Assembly (NCBI GenBank): GCA_035285865.1
Contig: JAYKHS010000016.1
Coordinates: 1-64,000, forward strand
Direction: 5' to 3'
From: Candidatus Sericytochromatia bacterium
Lineage (GTDB): Bacteria > Cyanobacteriota > Sericytochromatia > S15B-MN24 > VGJW01
Length of the DNA: 64,000 nucleotides
Below, piece by piece: positions 27,869 to 37,119 of the stretch. Under the pieces are notes generated by a model. It was not told the DNA's origin and made no database searches. It saw only the letters and a list, made by a program, of their open reading frames with translations. The position numbers and the translations under genes were made by a program. The number at the start of each line of letters is the position of its first letter. The first letter of the stretch is position 1.

Positions 27869-28639
27869 TCAGAGGGTGAAGGTCTGGACGTGCTGGCGTT
27901 CGGCCTCACCCTCGACGCGGGTCCTGACCTCGAAGTGCTCGGCGATTCCGCTGTGGTGGATCTTGTGCTTGAGCAAATTGTCGACCTGGAAGATTCCGGC
28001 ACTGTTGTTCATGGTGACCTCGACCCGAACGGGCCGTGTCTCGCCTCGGGAGATCGCCACCTTGTCGATGGCCGCGGCCGAGAGGGAGTGGATGCTCACC
28101 CGTCCGCCCTTGATGATGGCGCGTGACCGCCACTTCGACATGTCGAGCGCATCGGCGACCTTCACCACGCCGGCCTCGACCGTCAGGCAGCGCTGCATCG
28201 AATTGTGACCGATCATCGCGTGCAGCGTCTCCTGGACGACCGTCACCGCCTCGATGGGGGCATAGAGCCCTTCGAGCAGGGGCGGCAGGGCCTGGTGCAC
28301 GAGGAAGAGCGAGTGCGCCTCGTGGCTGTCGCGGTGCACCGTCATCCCCACGTCATGCAGCAGACCGGCCAGCACGACGACGACCTCGGCATCCGCAAAG
28401 GTCATGCCCTCTCTGGAGACCATCCCCGGAACCACCCCGGCCTCGCCCAACAGGCGCAGGATCTTGAGGGCATTGTGGGCGACAATCTTGACGTGCGTCG
28501 GTCCGTGATCGTTCACGCCGGCCCGTTGGGAGTTGACGACCGCAACCTGCCACATGCGCGGCAGCACGCCCGACTCCTCGATTCTCTCGAGGATTGCGGC
28601 AAGCCGGGGATTGTCGGCGACAGGAAGAATCATGCCCAT
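27869..28639 (-). CDS. HD-domain metal-dependent phosphohydrolase
   Basis: NDHGPTH, LLHDVG, VADALDM, IHSLSA. Confidence 0.88.
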   Translation of the reverse strand: MGMILPVADNPRLAAILERIEESGVLPRMWQVAVVNSQRAGVNDHGPTHVKIVAHNALKILRLLGEAGVVPGMVSREGMTFADAEVVVVLAGLLHDVGMTVHRDSHEAHSLFLVHQALPPLLEGLYAPIEAVTVVQETLHAMIGHNSMQRCLTVEAGVVKVADALDMSKWRSRAIIKGGRVSIHSLSAAAIDKVAISRGETRPVRVEVTMNNSAGIFQVDNLLKHKIHHSGIAEHFEVRTRVEGEAERQHVQTFTL

Positions 28640-28674
28640 CTTTCATACCCCGGCCAGGGGGGAGAGGGCACGGC

Positions 28675-29253
28675 TCAAGGGAGCCGGGAAGTCTGGTAGT
28701 CCAGCAGCTGTCCGGATCCGGGGTCGACCGACCAAGTCGCGGGAAAGCGACCTGCCGTGGCCACCAGCAGGAGCGGACGCCCCTCGGTCACGCGCCACGA
28801 CCACGTTGCCGGCTCGGTCAGGGGCATACCCCTCGTGACCAGCTCGGACGCGAGGGGCGCCGAATCAAGCAAGGCATCCGCGGCCAACGGTGGTGCAGGC
28901 ACCCCCCGGTCCGGCCAAACCTTGAAGTGATGCTTGCCCACGCGAACCTCGCAGGTCCGGACCACCTGCCCCTGCTCGATGAACGTGAAGACCCAACCGC
29001 CACGCTCCGCCGAACGACCTGCCACAAGATCCCGACCCTCGATGGCCACCAGCGTGGCCCGAGGGGACCACTCGCCGACCCGGCGAATCGCCGACGGCAG
29101 GGTCTCGGCCAAGGTTCCGGTCCCACCCTCCGGACGCAGGCTGCGCTCCATCCACCAGCCTCCACCCCAGATGGCCACGACCATGCCGCCCATCAGCCAG
29201 AGCATCCGCTCGTCCAAGGCCCGCCTCCTCGACAGGTTCCATCCTAACAGCAT
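28675..29253 (-). CDS. Hypothetical protein with an N-terminal TM helix
   Basis: Same strand as the HD gene; hydrophobic segment LWLMGGMVVAIWGGGWW. Confidence 0.55.
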   Translation of the reverse strand: MLLGWNLSRRRALDERMLWLMGGMVVAIWGGGWWMERSLRPEGGTGTLAETLPSAIRRVGEWSPRATLVAIEGRDLVAGRSAERGGWVFTFIEQGQVVRTCEVRVGKHHFKVWPDRGVPAPPLAADALLDSAPLASELVTRGMPLTEPATWSWRVTEGRPLLLVATAGRFPATWSVDPGSGQLLDYQTSRLP

Positions 29254-29493
29254 GCATGGGGCCTTCCGACGGTTTGCGCGCAAGGGGCGGATGCTAGCGT
29301 GAGGTCGTCACCGGTCCGGGGTCGACCCGGATCCTGCAGCGACCCACGTCCTTACGTCGCCTCCCTCTGGCCGCATGCCGGTTCCTCCGGCAGCACCTGC
29401 CCAGACGCCCACGACCCGTGCGCGACATCGCGTCCCCGGCCATCGCCGATGGCCGGAGCCTCACGTCCGGTTGGTTGTCCGAGAGGAGACTTC

Positions 29494-30702
29494 ATGGCGC
29501 GCTTGAACCTGGCGACACGCTGTATGCTCGGTGGCCTCATGGCCGCCACTGTCTTCGGTTGTGCCTCATCCCCGACTCAGCAGCCCCCGACGGGACAGCC
29601 GGCGGCCGGACAGGTCACGGTCCCGGTGGCTTCCGATCTGGGCGGTGGCGGCAATCCGACATCACCGTCCTCCGGCGGTGCCCTCGGCCCGGTGGCTCCG
29701 GCGGTGCCCATCCCCGGTCTTTCCATCGGGGCAGCACCGACCATGTTGCCCTTCGTCTCCGTCATCGGCGGCGAGAAGCAACTCTTCGTCTATGACCGCA
29801 CCATCAGCGACAACTATGCCCTGGTGGGTGCAGGCATCGGGGTCAACAACCCCGAGGTCTTCAGCAGCGGGCGCGTGGTCTTCGACCGTCGCCAAGGGCG
29901 TCGCTCGCAGATCTTCGTCTATGACGTGGTGGCCGAGTTGCTCGTCGCCCTCAACGACGTCAATGGCCTGGGCTCGGTCCGCAGGCCGAGCATGAGCTTC
30001 GACGGCACGGCCATGACCTTCGTCCTCGAGGGCGAGCGGCGTGACCTGCCCAAGGCGATGCTCTGGCTCAATGGCGTCGTGGCCGACTTGGCCAAGGTCA
30101 ATGCTCAGGCCTCATGCGAAGGTGGCGTGAACTGGATCCGGATCTCCTGCGACGCCCGCTGGGCGGTCTTCACGACGATGGCCGGCCGCCTCTACGTCTA
30201 TGACCTGCTCAACCCGATGATCCACGAGATCACCCAGGCGCGCCTGTACGGGCAGATCTCGCATCCCGCGATCAGCCCCGATGGCACGCAGATCGCCTTT
30301 GCGGCCAGCGACGGCAACGTCTATCGCTACGACCGCGTGGCGAACCTGGTGGATCCGATGCCGTTCCTGAACCAGGCCTTCACCAACTACGACGTCACGG
30401 ATCCCAAGTTCGTGTGCTTCGACAACGCGCACATCTACACCGAGATGCTGACGCGCGGTGGCGACATCCTCACGAACCACCTGCCGGATCCGAAGTGCGA
30501 CTCCGAGGATTGCGAGGACGAGGACGGGCACGGTCGCGGCCACGGCAGTCGTCCGCCCCGTACTCTGGTGCGTCGCGTGACGGAGTACAACTGGATCACC
30601 GAGACCTTGGCCACGCTGACCGTCCTGAACAACGTCGCCGCGGAGGGCGACCAGCAGATCAGCGACCTCGAAGACGAGAGGGGCCACGGCGGCGGGCACT
30701 GA
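29494..30702 (+). CDS. Lipoprotein with a TolB/PD40-like beta-propeller
   Basis: GAGAGGAG RBS, lipobox VFGC, RPSMSFDG, HPAISPDGTQIAF, repeated (L/I)(F/Y)VYD. Confidence 0.75.
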   Translation: MARLNLATRCMLGGLMAATVFGCASSPTQQPPTGQPAAGQVTVPVASDLGGGGNPTSPSSGGALGPVAPAVPIPGLSIGAAPTMLPFVSVIGGEKQLFVYDRTISDNYALVGAGIGVNNPEVFSSGRVVFDRRQGRRSQIFVYDVVAELLVALNDVNGLGSVRRPSMSFDGTAMTFVLEGERRDLPKAMLWLNGVVADLAKVNAQASCEGGVNWIRISCDARWAVFTTMAGRLYVYDLLNPMIHEITQARLYGQISHPAISPDGTQIAFAASDGNVYRYDRVANLVDPMPFLNQAFTNYDVTDPKFVCFDNAHIYTEMLTRGGDILTNHLPDPKCDSEDCEDEDGHGRGHGSRPPRTLVRRVTEYNWITETLATLTVLNNVAAEGDQQISDLEDERGHGGGH

Positions 30703-30720
30703 TAGACAGGACAGCGTCCA

Positions 30721-30758
30721 GGTGGGGCTTCCGGGTCGCGACCCGGGGGCCCCGCCCC
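30721..30758. terminator. Hairpin between convergent genes
   Basis: GGTGGGGCTTCCGGGTCGCGACCCGGGGGCCCCGCC. Confidence 0.55.
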
Positions 30759-30874
30759 CGTTTCAGGGGAGACTCGGCGCATCGAAGCCAGATTGACTGA
30801 AGCGTGCAAGGCCCCCTGCAGCGTCTAGCCTGACATCCGCAGATTGGGTTCAGAAGCTAACCGCCTGCTTCTGG

Positions 30875-31996
30875 TCAGGGTCCGGCGGTCCTGACCAAGC
30901 GGAAGCCTCGCGTGTTGTCGATGCTGTACTGATATCCGAAGATTCGCCGAGCCCCCCTTGCAGGCCAAGCGATTTCGTACCACGTGCCACCACGATAGAC
31001 CCGAGCCGAGTTGGTGGCAGGTCCCGTAGGGTCGATGAGCGGCTTGTCGGTGCTTCTGCTGTACAAATCCCAAGACCACTCCGACACGTTGCCCGCCATA
31101 TCGTAGAGGCCCCAGGCATTGGGCAGTTTGCCACCAACCGGTTGAGGCGCCCCAGCCCCCCTCACCCAGGCGATCTCCGGCACCTTGGCTTCGTCGTTGC
31201 CGTTGTACCAGATGGTCGTGGTGCCGGCCCTGTAGGCATACTCCCACTCGGCATCCGTGGGCAGCCTCCACCCCGTGGTGGCGTAGGGCGTCACCCCATT
31301 GACCGTCACGACTGAACACCGCATGCCCGTCCCCGGCACACCGGAACAGCCGTCCAAGGTATACGCCTCAGGGAGACCATCCCTGCGGGAGAGTGCGTTG
31401 GCGTAAGCCAAGGTCTCGAACCAGTTGACCGAGTCCACGGGCCGAGTCATCTGATCCGCCCGTCGGTAGTAGGAGGGATTGTTGCCCATCAACGCCAGCC
31501 AGTCGGCCTGAGTCACCTCCGAGTTCATGATGTAGTAGTCACGGGTCAAGGTGACCTGATGTGGCGTTTCATAGCCGCCATCAGAGAAGCGACCGATCTC
31601 TTCTGCCGGCGAGCCCATCTGGAAAGTCCCGGCGCGAATCAGGACAGCTACAGGCCTGAACGGAGTCGGCGTCGGTTCGGGCGTCGGCGCAGCCGTCGGT
31701 TCGGGCGTCGGCGCAGCCGTCGGTTCGGGCGTCGGTGCAGCCGTCGGTTCGGGCGTCGGCGCAGCCGTCGGTTCGGGCGTCGGCGCAGCCGTCGGTTCGG
31801 GCGTCGGCGCAGCCGTCGGTTCGGGCGTCGGCGCAGCCGTCGGTTCGGGCGTCGGCGCAGCCGTCGAGGTGGGCGTCGGCGCAGCCGTCGGTGACACATT
31901 CAGGCGTGTGGCCGTAGTCGCCAGATTCGCCACGGCGGCACAGCCCGCAAGGGCCGTGACCGAGATGAAGGCGAAAGGCTTCCTGTCCAAACTCAC
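30875..31996 (-). CDS. FGE-sulfatase (C-type lectin fold) lipoprotein with a Pro/Thr stalk
   Basis: Lipobox LAGC; GTFQMGS, WRLPTDAEWEYA, NAWGLYDMAGNVSEW, RGGTW, GFRLVR. Confidence 0.93.
   Translation of the reverse strand: MSLDRKPFAFISVTALAGCAAVANLATTATRLNVSPTAAPTPTSTAAPTPEPTAAPTPEPTAAPTPEPTAAPTPEPTAAPTPEPTAAPTPEPTAAPTPEPTAAPTPEPTPTPFRPVAVLIRAGTFQMGSPAEEIGRFSDGGYETPHQVTLTRDYYIMNSEVTQADWLALMGNNPSYYRRADQMTRPVDSVNWFETLAYANALSRRDGLPEAYTLDGCSGVPGTGMRCSVVTVNGVTPYATTGWRLPTDAEWEYAYRAGTTTIWYNGNDEAKVPEIAWVRGAGAPQPVGGKLPNAWGLYDMAGNVSEWSWDLYSRSTDKPLIDPTGPATNSARVYRGGTWYEIAWPARGARRIFGYQYSIDNTRGFRLVRTAGP
31670..31885 (-). repeat. 24-bp tandem repeat x8 plus one degenerate copy, encoding AAPTPEPT
   Basis: cgtcggttcgggcgtcggcgcagc units. 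Confidence 0.97.
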
Positions 31997-32106
31997 GACC
32001 TCAACTCTGCCATGCCTGCCGGGTTCTCATACCCCTGGCTGCCGGTCCGGCATCGGAGAGGCTTGAATGAACGCTCACCCGAGGCACGACGGGTCACAAA
32101 GGCGAC

Positions 32107-32811
32107 TTACGGGCTCTCCCGACGGCCGACGAACTCGAAGTCGGGGCGGCGAATGCGGGCCTGCCAATAGGGACCTTCCTGGCGAGCAAAGGTGTCGCGC
32201 AGGCCGGAAACCACGGAAGGCAAGGCCGTCTCCTGAGCCCAGTCCCAGAACCACGTCGGCAGGAATGCGAAATCGGGATCGATGCGGGCGCTGTAGAGCA
32301 TCAGGGTCCGGCGACCGGCCCACGGCAACATCTGCAGATGGCCGGCATATGCCTTCACCGTACCGGCCTCCTTCTGCCACGAGCAAAGCCTGCGCTCCGG
32401 CTCGAGGACGGCCCGTGTCGTCACCCACCGCTGCGGTAGCGGCCATGGCAACTTCAGCGTGTAAGTGCCCACGACCTCGCGAGCCGCCTCGGATACGACG
32501 CGCGACTCGGAGATGCCAGAGTAGATGCGGTCGTAGTTGCGAAAGTCCGTGGCAAGAGCCCAGGCATCCCTCGGGGAAACTGGCAGGGTTCCCGCAGAGG
32601 CCACCATCCTGTTCGGCCCGGCAGCATCCTCCCATCGGGTAAGAATCTCGCCATCCCCAAGCCGCCGAAGATCCTCGGGGCTCAGTTCGCGACCGGCGAA
32701 GACCACGCCACCTGCCCCGGCTGCCAAGGCAATCGGGGCAAGATTGGCGCTCAGCACAAACAGGGCCAGACCCGGCAGAAGTGTACGGGCGACGCGGCCA
32801 ACGGCCTCCAT
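32107..32811 (-). CDS. Exported SRPBCC/START (polyketide cyclase-like) protein
   Basis: Signal peptide; DAWALATDFRNY, LKLPWPL, C-terminal helix. Confidence 0.7.
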   Translation of the reverse strand: MEAVGRVARTLLPGLALFVLSANLAPIALAAGAGGVVFAGRELSPEDLRRLGDGEILTRWEDAAGPNRMVASAGTLPVSPRDAWALATDFRNYDRIYSGISESRVVSEAAREVVGTYTLKLPWPLPQRWVTTRAVLEPERRLCSWQKEAGTVKAYAGHLQMLPWAGRRTLMLYSARIDPDFAFLPTWFWDWAQETALPSVVSGLRDTFARQEGPYWQARIRRPDFEFVGRRESP

Positions 32812-32919
32812 GACCGTTCGATACCCTTTCGTGACGCTTTGCAACAATTTCCCTCATCCTTGACAAGTCCTTAACCGAATCGCGCCATAATGGAGCAGAC
32901 ACCGAGAGGATCCGACGCC

Positions 32920-33786
32920 GTGCGCCAATCCCGTTTCGTTCTGAACCTGCTGCTTGCAGGCATCATGCTGGCCTCGGTACCCGCGTGCGGCACCCAGCCA
33001 ACCCTGCGCATCGCCCCGCAGCCTTCTGCGCTCCAGGCGCGTCGCATCAAGGTCAAGGGCCTTCCGGCGGACTATTACCGGAACACGCAGGGCCTTGTCG
33101 GCCGCGCCTTGGTTCAGGCCCTGCACGACACGGTCGCGAAGCATACCGATCTGGGCTACGATACCGCCCGCGATCATCTCTTCGCCGACGTGGCCGACAC
33201 CGACGACAACGACATCGTCGAGGACATCTACACGGGCGAGGCGTTCACCGGCGTGCGCGATCGCGGCTCGGCCTCGAAGCACAACCTGAACACCGAGCAC
33301 ACCTGGCCCCAGAGCCTGGGTGCCCAAGGTGCCGCCCGCTCGGACCTACACCATCTTCAGTCTTCGGATGCCGGGATCAACGGCAGCCGCGGCTCCCATC
33401 CCTACGGAACGGTTGCCGGCTCGCCCACCTTCCAGTTCCCGGCCATCGACGGGAAGACCCGCATCGGCGAGGATGCGCGGGGCCTCACGGTCTGCGAACC
33501 CCGCCCGGGCGTCCGCGGCGACATTGCCCGTGGCCTGCTCTATTTCTATGTCGTGTACGGCGGCCACGACTCCACTTCGCTCAAGAACTTCGTCAACGAA
33601 GTGCGGACCTTGGTGGCCTGGCATGACCTCGACCCCGTGGATGCTGCGGAACGTGAGCGGAACGAAAGGGTCTGGCAGGTGCAAGGCAACCGGAACCCCT
33701 TCATCGACGATCCAGGCTTCGTGGGCCGTGCCGCCTTCGACAGCATGGACCTTAATCGTCCGAATCGGCCCAACCGCCCCCGCTGA
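32920..33786 (+). CDS. Endonuclease I-family extracellular nuclease (lipoprotein)
   Basis: Lipobox VPAC; NTEHTWPQS, DLHHL, NGSRG, RGDIAR, QGNRNPFID. Confidence 0.92.
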   Translation: MRQSRFVLNLLLAGIMLASVPACGTQPTLRIAPQPSALQARRIKVKGLPADYYRNTQGLVGRALVQALHDTVAKHTDLGYDTARDHLFADVADTDDNDIVEDIYTGEAFTGVRDRGSASKHNLNTEHTWPQSLGAQGAARSDLHHLQSSDAGINGSRGSHPYGTVAGSPTFQFPAIDGKTRIGEDARGLTVCEPRPGVRGDIARGLLYFYVVYGGHDSTSLKNFVNEVRTLVAWHDLDPVDAAERERNERVWQVQGNRNPFIDDPGFVGRAAFDSMDLNRPNRPNRPR

Positions 33787-33857
33787 CGGCGGGCCTTGCG
33801 CCACCGGCTCGCCCCGGGCACGCTGCCTCCGCTGGAGCTATCCACGGGGAGGTACCG

Positions 33858-34511
33858 ATGGACGCGGCCTCGATGGCGTGGGCCGGGCTTGGCGCAAGCG
33901 GAACACTGGGCTTGATGCTGGCCCTTGGCCGGCGGTCAGGTCTCTCCTCTCCGGACCACGCCCTGCTTCTGGGCAATCTCGTGGCCCCCGGCCAGTCCGT
34001 CGCGCCACTCCATGGCCTGCTGCTGCTCCAGTTGCGCGGATTCCTGCTTGCAGCCTGCCTCGCCTGGATATGGCGCCTGACGGACTTGTCGCCCGGTCCG
34101 CTGCAAGGAGGCCTGCTGGGCGGCATCCTCGGCCTGCATCTCGGACTTCTGCAACGCCCTGCCTTCATGTTGGCCCGCTGGCTCGAACCGGCCGCGACCC
34201 GACCGATGGTCGAGGCATCTGAACTCCTGGAAGGCCCGGATGGTCTCGTAGAGCGCGGCTGGCGCCTCCTGGCCCAGATGCTTGCGGGATCCGCCTGCGG
34301 GGCCTTCCTCGGCTTGCCCATGACGCCCGGCCTTGTGGCCACGGCTCTGATTCTCTCCCTGGTCGGTGGCGTGAGCAGCCTGCGCGCCGCACGAAAGCCC
34401 CCCGGATCCCAGGTCGGCGCGGTCGTGTTTTTGCGGGAAGACCCTCTCGATCAGGAGGCACTGCTGCGCTGGTCCGGAGAAAGTCCCGCCTCGGGGAACA
34501 CCCGGGACTAG
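33858..34511 (+). CDS. Hypothetical multi-pass membrane protein
   Basis: GGAGGT RBS; several Leu/Gly-rich hydrophobic segments. Confidence 0.6.
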   Translation: MDAASMAWAGLGASGTLGLMLALGRRSGLSSPDHALLLGNLVAPGQSVAPLHGLLLLQLRGFLLAACLAWIWRLTDLSPGPLQGGLLGGILGLHLGLLQRPAFMLARWLEPAATRPMVEASELLEGPDGLVERGWRLLAQMLAGSACGAFLGLPMTPGLVATALILSLVGGVSSLRAARKPPGSQVGAVVFLREDPLDQEALLRWSGESPASGNTRD

Positions 34512-34561
34512 CGGGAGGGCGGCGTGAAGCCCTTGGCACAGGCCGGTGCTAGGATGGATTC

Positions 34562-36925
34562 ATGCTCGGTTTTGGCGCACGAACGTTGTCGGCCCTTGAC
34601 TGGGATACGCTGCGCGCGTGCCTCGCATCCGAGACGGAAGGCCCTGCCGCCCGTCAAGCAGCCCTCGCCACGATCCCGAGCGACGATGCCGGGCAAGTCC
34701 AGCGGCTGCTGGACCTCACGGAGGCACTTGCCGATGCACTGCGAGGATCGGGAGCAGACACGGGCGGACTCGACGACCCCGATGGGCTGATCCTGCGGGC
34801 CGAACAGGGCGGCAGCCTATCCGGCCCCGAACTGCGACGTCTGGCCCGATGGGCGGCTCTGGCGGAGGCATGGGCACTTCGCACCCGCAAGCATCCGCGC
34901 CTCGCGGAGGCACTCGTCGCCATGGGTTGGTCCTGGCCCGACGTCGCCCCGGTTCGTGACCTCATCGAAGGCGTGGTAGCCGAAGACGGCACGCTCGAGG
35001 ACACGGCATCCCCGGTCTTGGCCCCCCTGAGGGCCGAGGCGCTGGAACTGGGCCGGGCAGCCCGCAGGCGTGCCGAACAGTCCGCAAGACGACACGCCGA
35101 TGCCTTGGGCGAGGACCATGTTCTGTTGCGGCACGAGCGCTGGGTCCTGCCGATCCGGGCAGACCGACGCGGAGAAGTACCGGGCTTGGTGCTGGATCGC
35201 TCGGCCAGCGGTCGAACGCTGCACGTCGAGACGCCGGAACTGCTGCAGGCCAATGAGGCATGGGCTGCAGCAGACGCTGAGGTGCGGCGGGAGGAGGCCC
35301 GCATCCTCGAGGAGCTCGCCCGGAAGGTCGGCCAGTACGGTCCCGAGTTGCGGTCGGCAACGGCGATGCTGATCCGGATGGACCTCGCTCAGGCGCGCGT
35401 CCGCCTGGGGTGGCGCTGGCAAGGCCGTAGGCCCGAACCGGGCACATCTCCAGAGCTGCGGGACACATGCCATGCCCTGCTCCGCGAACGCCTCGGCGAC
35501 CAGGCCGTGCCCATCGACCTGTTCCTGGGCACATCCGGTCTGCTGATCACGGGCCCCAATACCGGTGGAAAGACGGCCGCGCTCAAGACACTCGGTACGA
35601 CCGTGCTGTTGCACCAGAGCGGCATCCTGCCGCCTGTGGGCCCGGGCACCCGCCTGCCGCACTTCCTCGGCATTCACGCGGAGATCGGCGATCCCCAGTC
35701 GCTCGACGGCGACCTCTCCACCTTCAGCGGGCACATCAAGGCCCTGTCCGGACTGCTGCCCCGCCTCCAGCCGGGCCATCTCGTGCTGCTGGACGAGATT
35801 GGATCAGGCACCGACCCCGAGGAGGGTGCGGCGCTCGCCCGAGCCATCCTGGAGGCCGTGCTGGACTCGGGCGCCTGGGTGGTGGCCACCACCCACCTCG
35901 GCCAACTCAAGACCCTGCCCTTCGAGGACCCGCGGCTCGGGCTCGCGACCACGCGGTTCGATCTGGACCGCATGGAACCCCGGTATCGACTGTCCCATGG
36001 CCAGCCGGGGGCCTCCCTCGGCATCGCCGTCGCCGGCCGCCTCGGCCTGTCCGCACGGGTGCTGGCGCGGGCTCGGGACTTGCACGAGCGCCGACGTGAC
36101 GACAAGGACCGACTCGTGGCGGAACTGGACCGCGCACGTGCCGAAGCCGAGGATCACGGACGCGCGCTTGCCGCCTCGCGCAAGGCCGCCGAGACGATGC
36201 AGGCGGAGCTCGAGGCTCGCCTTGCCGGATGGCGCAAGGAGGAGCGGGAACTTCGCAGACGGGCCAAAGGAGCACTCGATGCCGAGCTGGAGGAAGCTCG
36301 GGCGGAAATCCGGGACGCCATCGCCGTGCTCAAGGGCCGGCCGACGGGTGCCGAGATTCAGCGCACCAAGGAGCGCCTCGAGCAGGCAGCGCGAGGACGT
36401 CTGGCCCCTCCTCCTCCGCCGCCGGCACCGGCACCGATGGAGGCTGGCCAGACCGTCTGGCTGGCCCGCCTCGATCGGTGGGCTACGGTGGTGCGTGCGC
36501 CCGACGAGCGCGGCACCCTCCAGGTCGATGCCGGGGGGCTGAAACTGACGGTCCGCATGCCTGAAGTCTCATCAGGCCCGGAGAAGGGAGCCCGCCCGCC
36601 TGGGGATGCGGCGAGGACTCAGCCGCCAACGCGCCGCCAAACGAGGCACGAATCCATCGAGGCGTGGGACCCGCCCCACGTCTCCCGAACGCTGGATCTG
36701 CGCGGCAAGCAGGTCCTCGAGGCCTTGCCGATCCTGGAGCGCTGGCTCGCCGGGGCGTGGCTCGCGGGACATGATGAGGTGACAGTCATCCACGGGCACG
36801 GGACCGGCGCCCTGCTTCAGGCCGTCCGCCAACACCTGCCTGGCCAACCCGGCGTCGCGCGCTGGCGTCCGGGCACGACGGGCGAGGGCAATGACGGAGT
36901 GACGATCGTCACGTTCTTGTCATGA
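34562..36925 (+). CDS. mutS2: MutS2 (Smr-domain) protein
   Basis: ITGPNTGGKT, LSTFSGH, LLDEIGSGTDPEEG, LDLRG...IHGHGTG. Confidence 0.95.
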   Translation: MLGFGARTLSALDWDTLRACLASETEGPAARQAALATIPSDDAGQVQRLLDLTEALADALRGSGADTGGLDDPDGLILRAEQGGSLSGPELRRLARWAALAEAWALRTRKHPRLAEALVAMGWSWPDVAPVRDLIEGVVAEDGTLEDTASPVLAPLRAEALELGRAARRRAEQSARRHADALGEDHVLLRHERWVLPIRADRRGEVPGLVLDRSASGRTLHVETPELLQANEAWAAADAEVRREEARILEELARKVGQYGPELRSATAMLIRMDLAQARVRLGWRWQGRRPEPGTSPELRDTCHALLRERLGDQAVPIDLFLGTSGLLITGPNTGGKTAALKTLGTTVLLHQSGILPPVGPGTRLPHFLGIHAEIGDPQSLDGDLSTFSGHIKALSGLLPRLQPGHLVLLDEIGSGTDPEEGAALARAILEAVLDSGAWVVATTHLGQLKTLPFEDPRLGLATTRFDLDRMEPRYRLSHGQPGASLGIAVAGRLGLSARVLARARDLHERRRDDKDRLVAELDRARAEAEDHGRALAASRKAAETMQAELEARLAGWRKEERELRRRAKGALDAELEEARAEIRDAIAVLKGRPTGAEIQRTKERLEQAARGRLAPPPPPPAPAPMEAGQTVWLARLDRWATVVRAPDERGTLQVDAGGLKLTVRMPEVSSGPEKGARPPGDAARTQPPTRRQTRHESIEAWDPPHVSRTLDLRGKQVLEALPILERWLAGAWLAGHDEVTVIHGHGTGALLQAVRQHLPGQPGVARWRPGTTGEGNDGVTIVTFLS

Positions 36926-36960
36926 CGCCCTTTCCGCCGCGCCGAAGCCATTGCGGCGAC

Positions 36961-37075
36961 TTGACTGCTCCATCAAATCAAAGTTAAATTCATCTTACTT
37001 GCTTCTTAAGTGCGCCTTAACGTCGATCTGCCATAGTGAGTCCATAGGTGTTTCTTAAGAAACTTTTAGAATACG
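36961..37075 (+). promoter_or_regulatory. AT-rich promoter region with a 14-bp perfect palindrome
   Basis: TTGACT...TAAATT; GTTTCTTAAGAAAC at 37050-37063. Confidence 0.55.
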
Positions 37076-37119
37076 TCGGAGAGCCCACCGTGCGGCTCAC
37101 GGCGCCAGGAGATAAACCC

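Noticed and set aside
30880..31010. FGE/CLec C-terminus as a DGR variable region
   Set aside because: No reverse transcriptase or template repeat in the window, and many variable-position codons (GAA, TGG, CGA, CAG, ACG) are not the NNY type expected from AAY mutagenesis. A remote DGR cannot be fully excluded.
31670..31885. Tandem repeats as a CRISPR array
   Set aside because: Units are contiguous with no spacers, in frame within a CDS, and no cas genes are present. The same holds for the repeats at 94-216, 2655-3020 and 55424-55578.
32860..32891. TTGACA...CATAAT promoter for the nuclease
   Set aside because: Spacing is 20 bp, too long to call with confidence.
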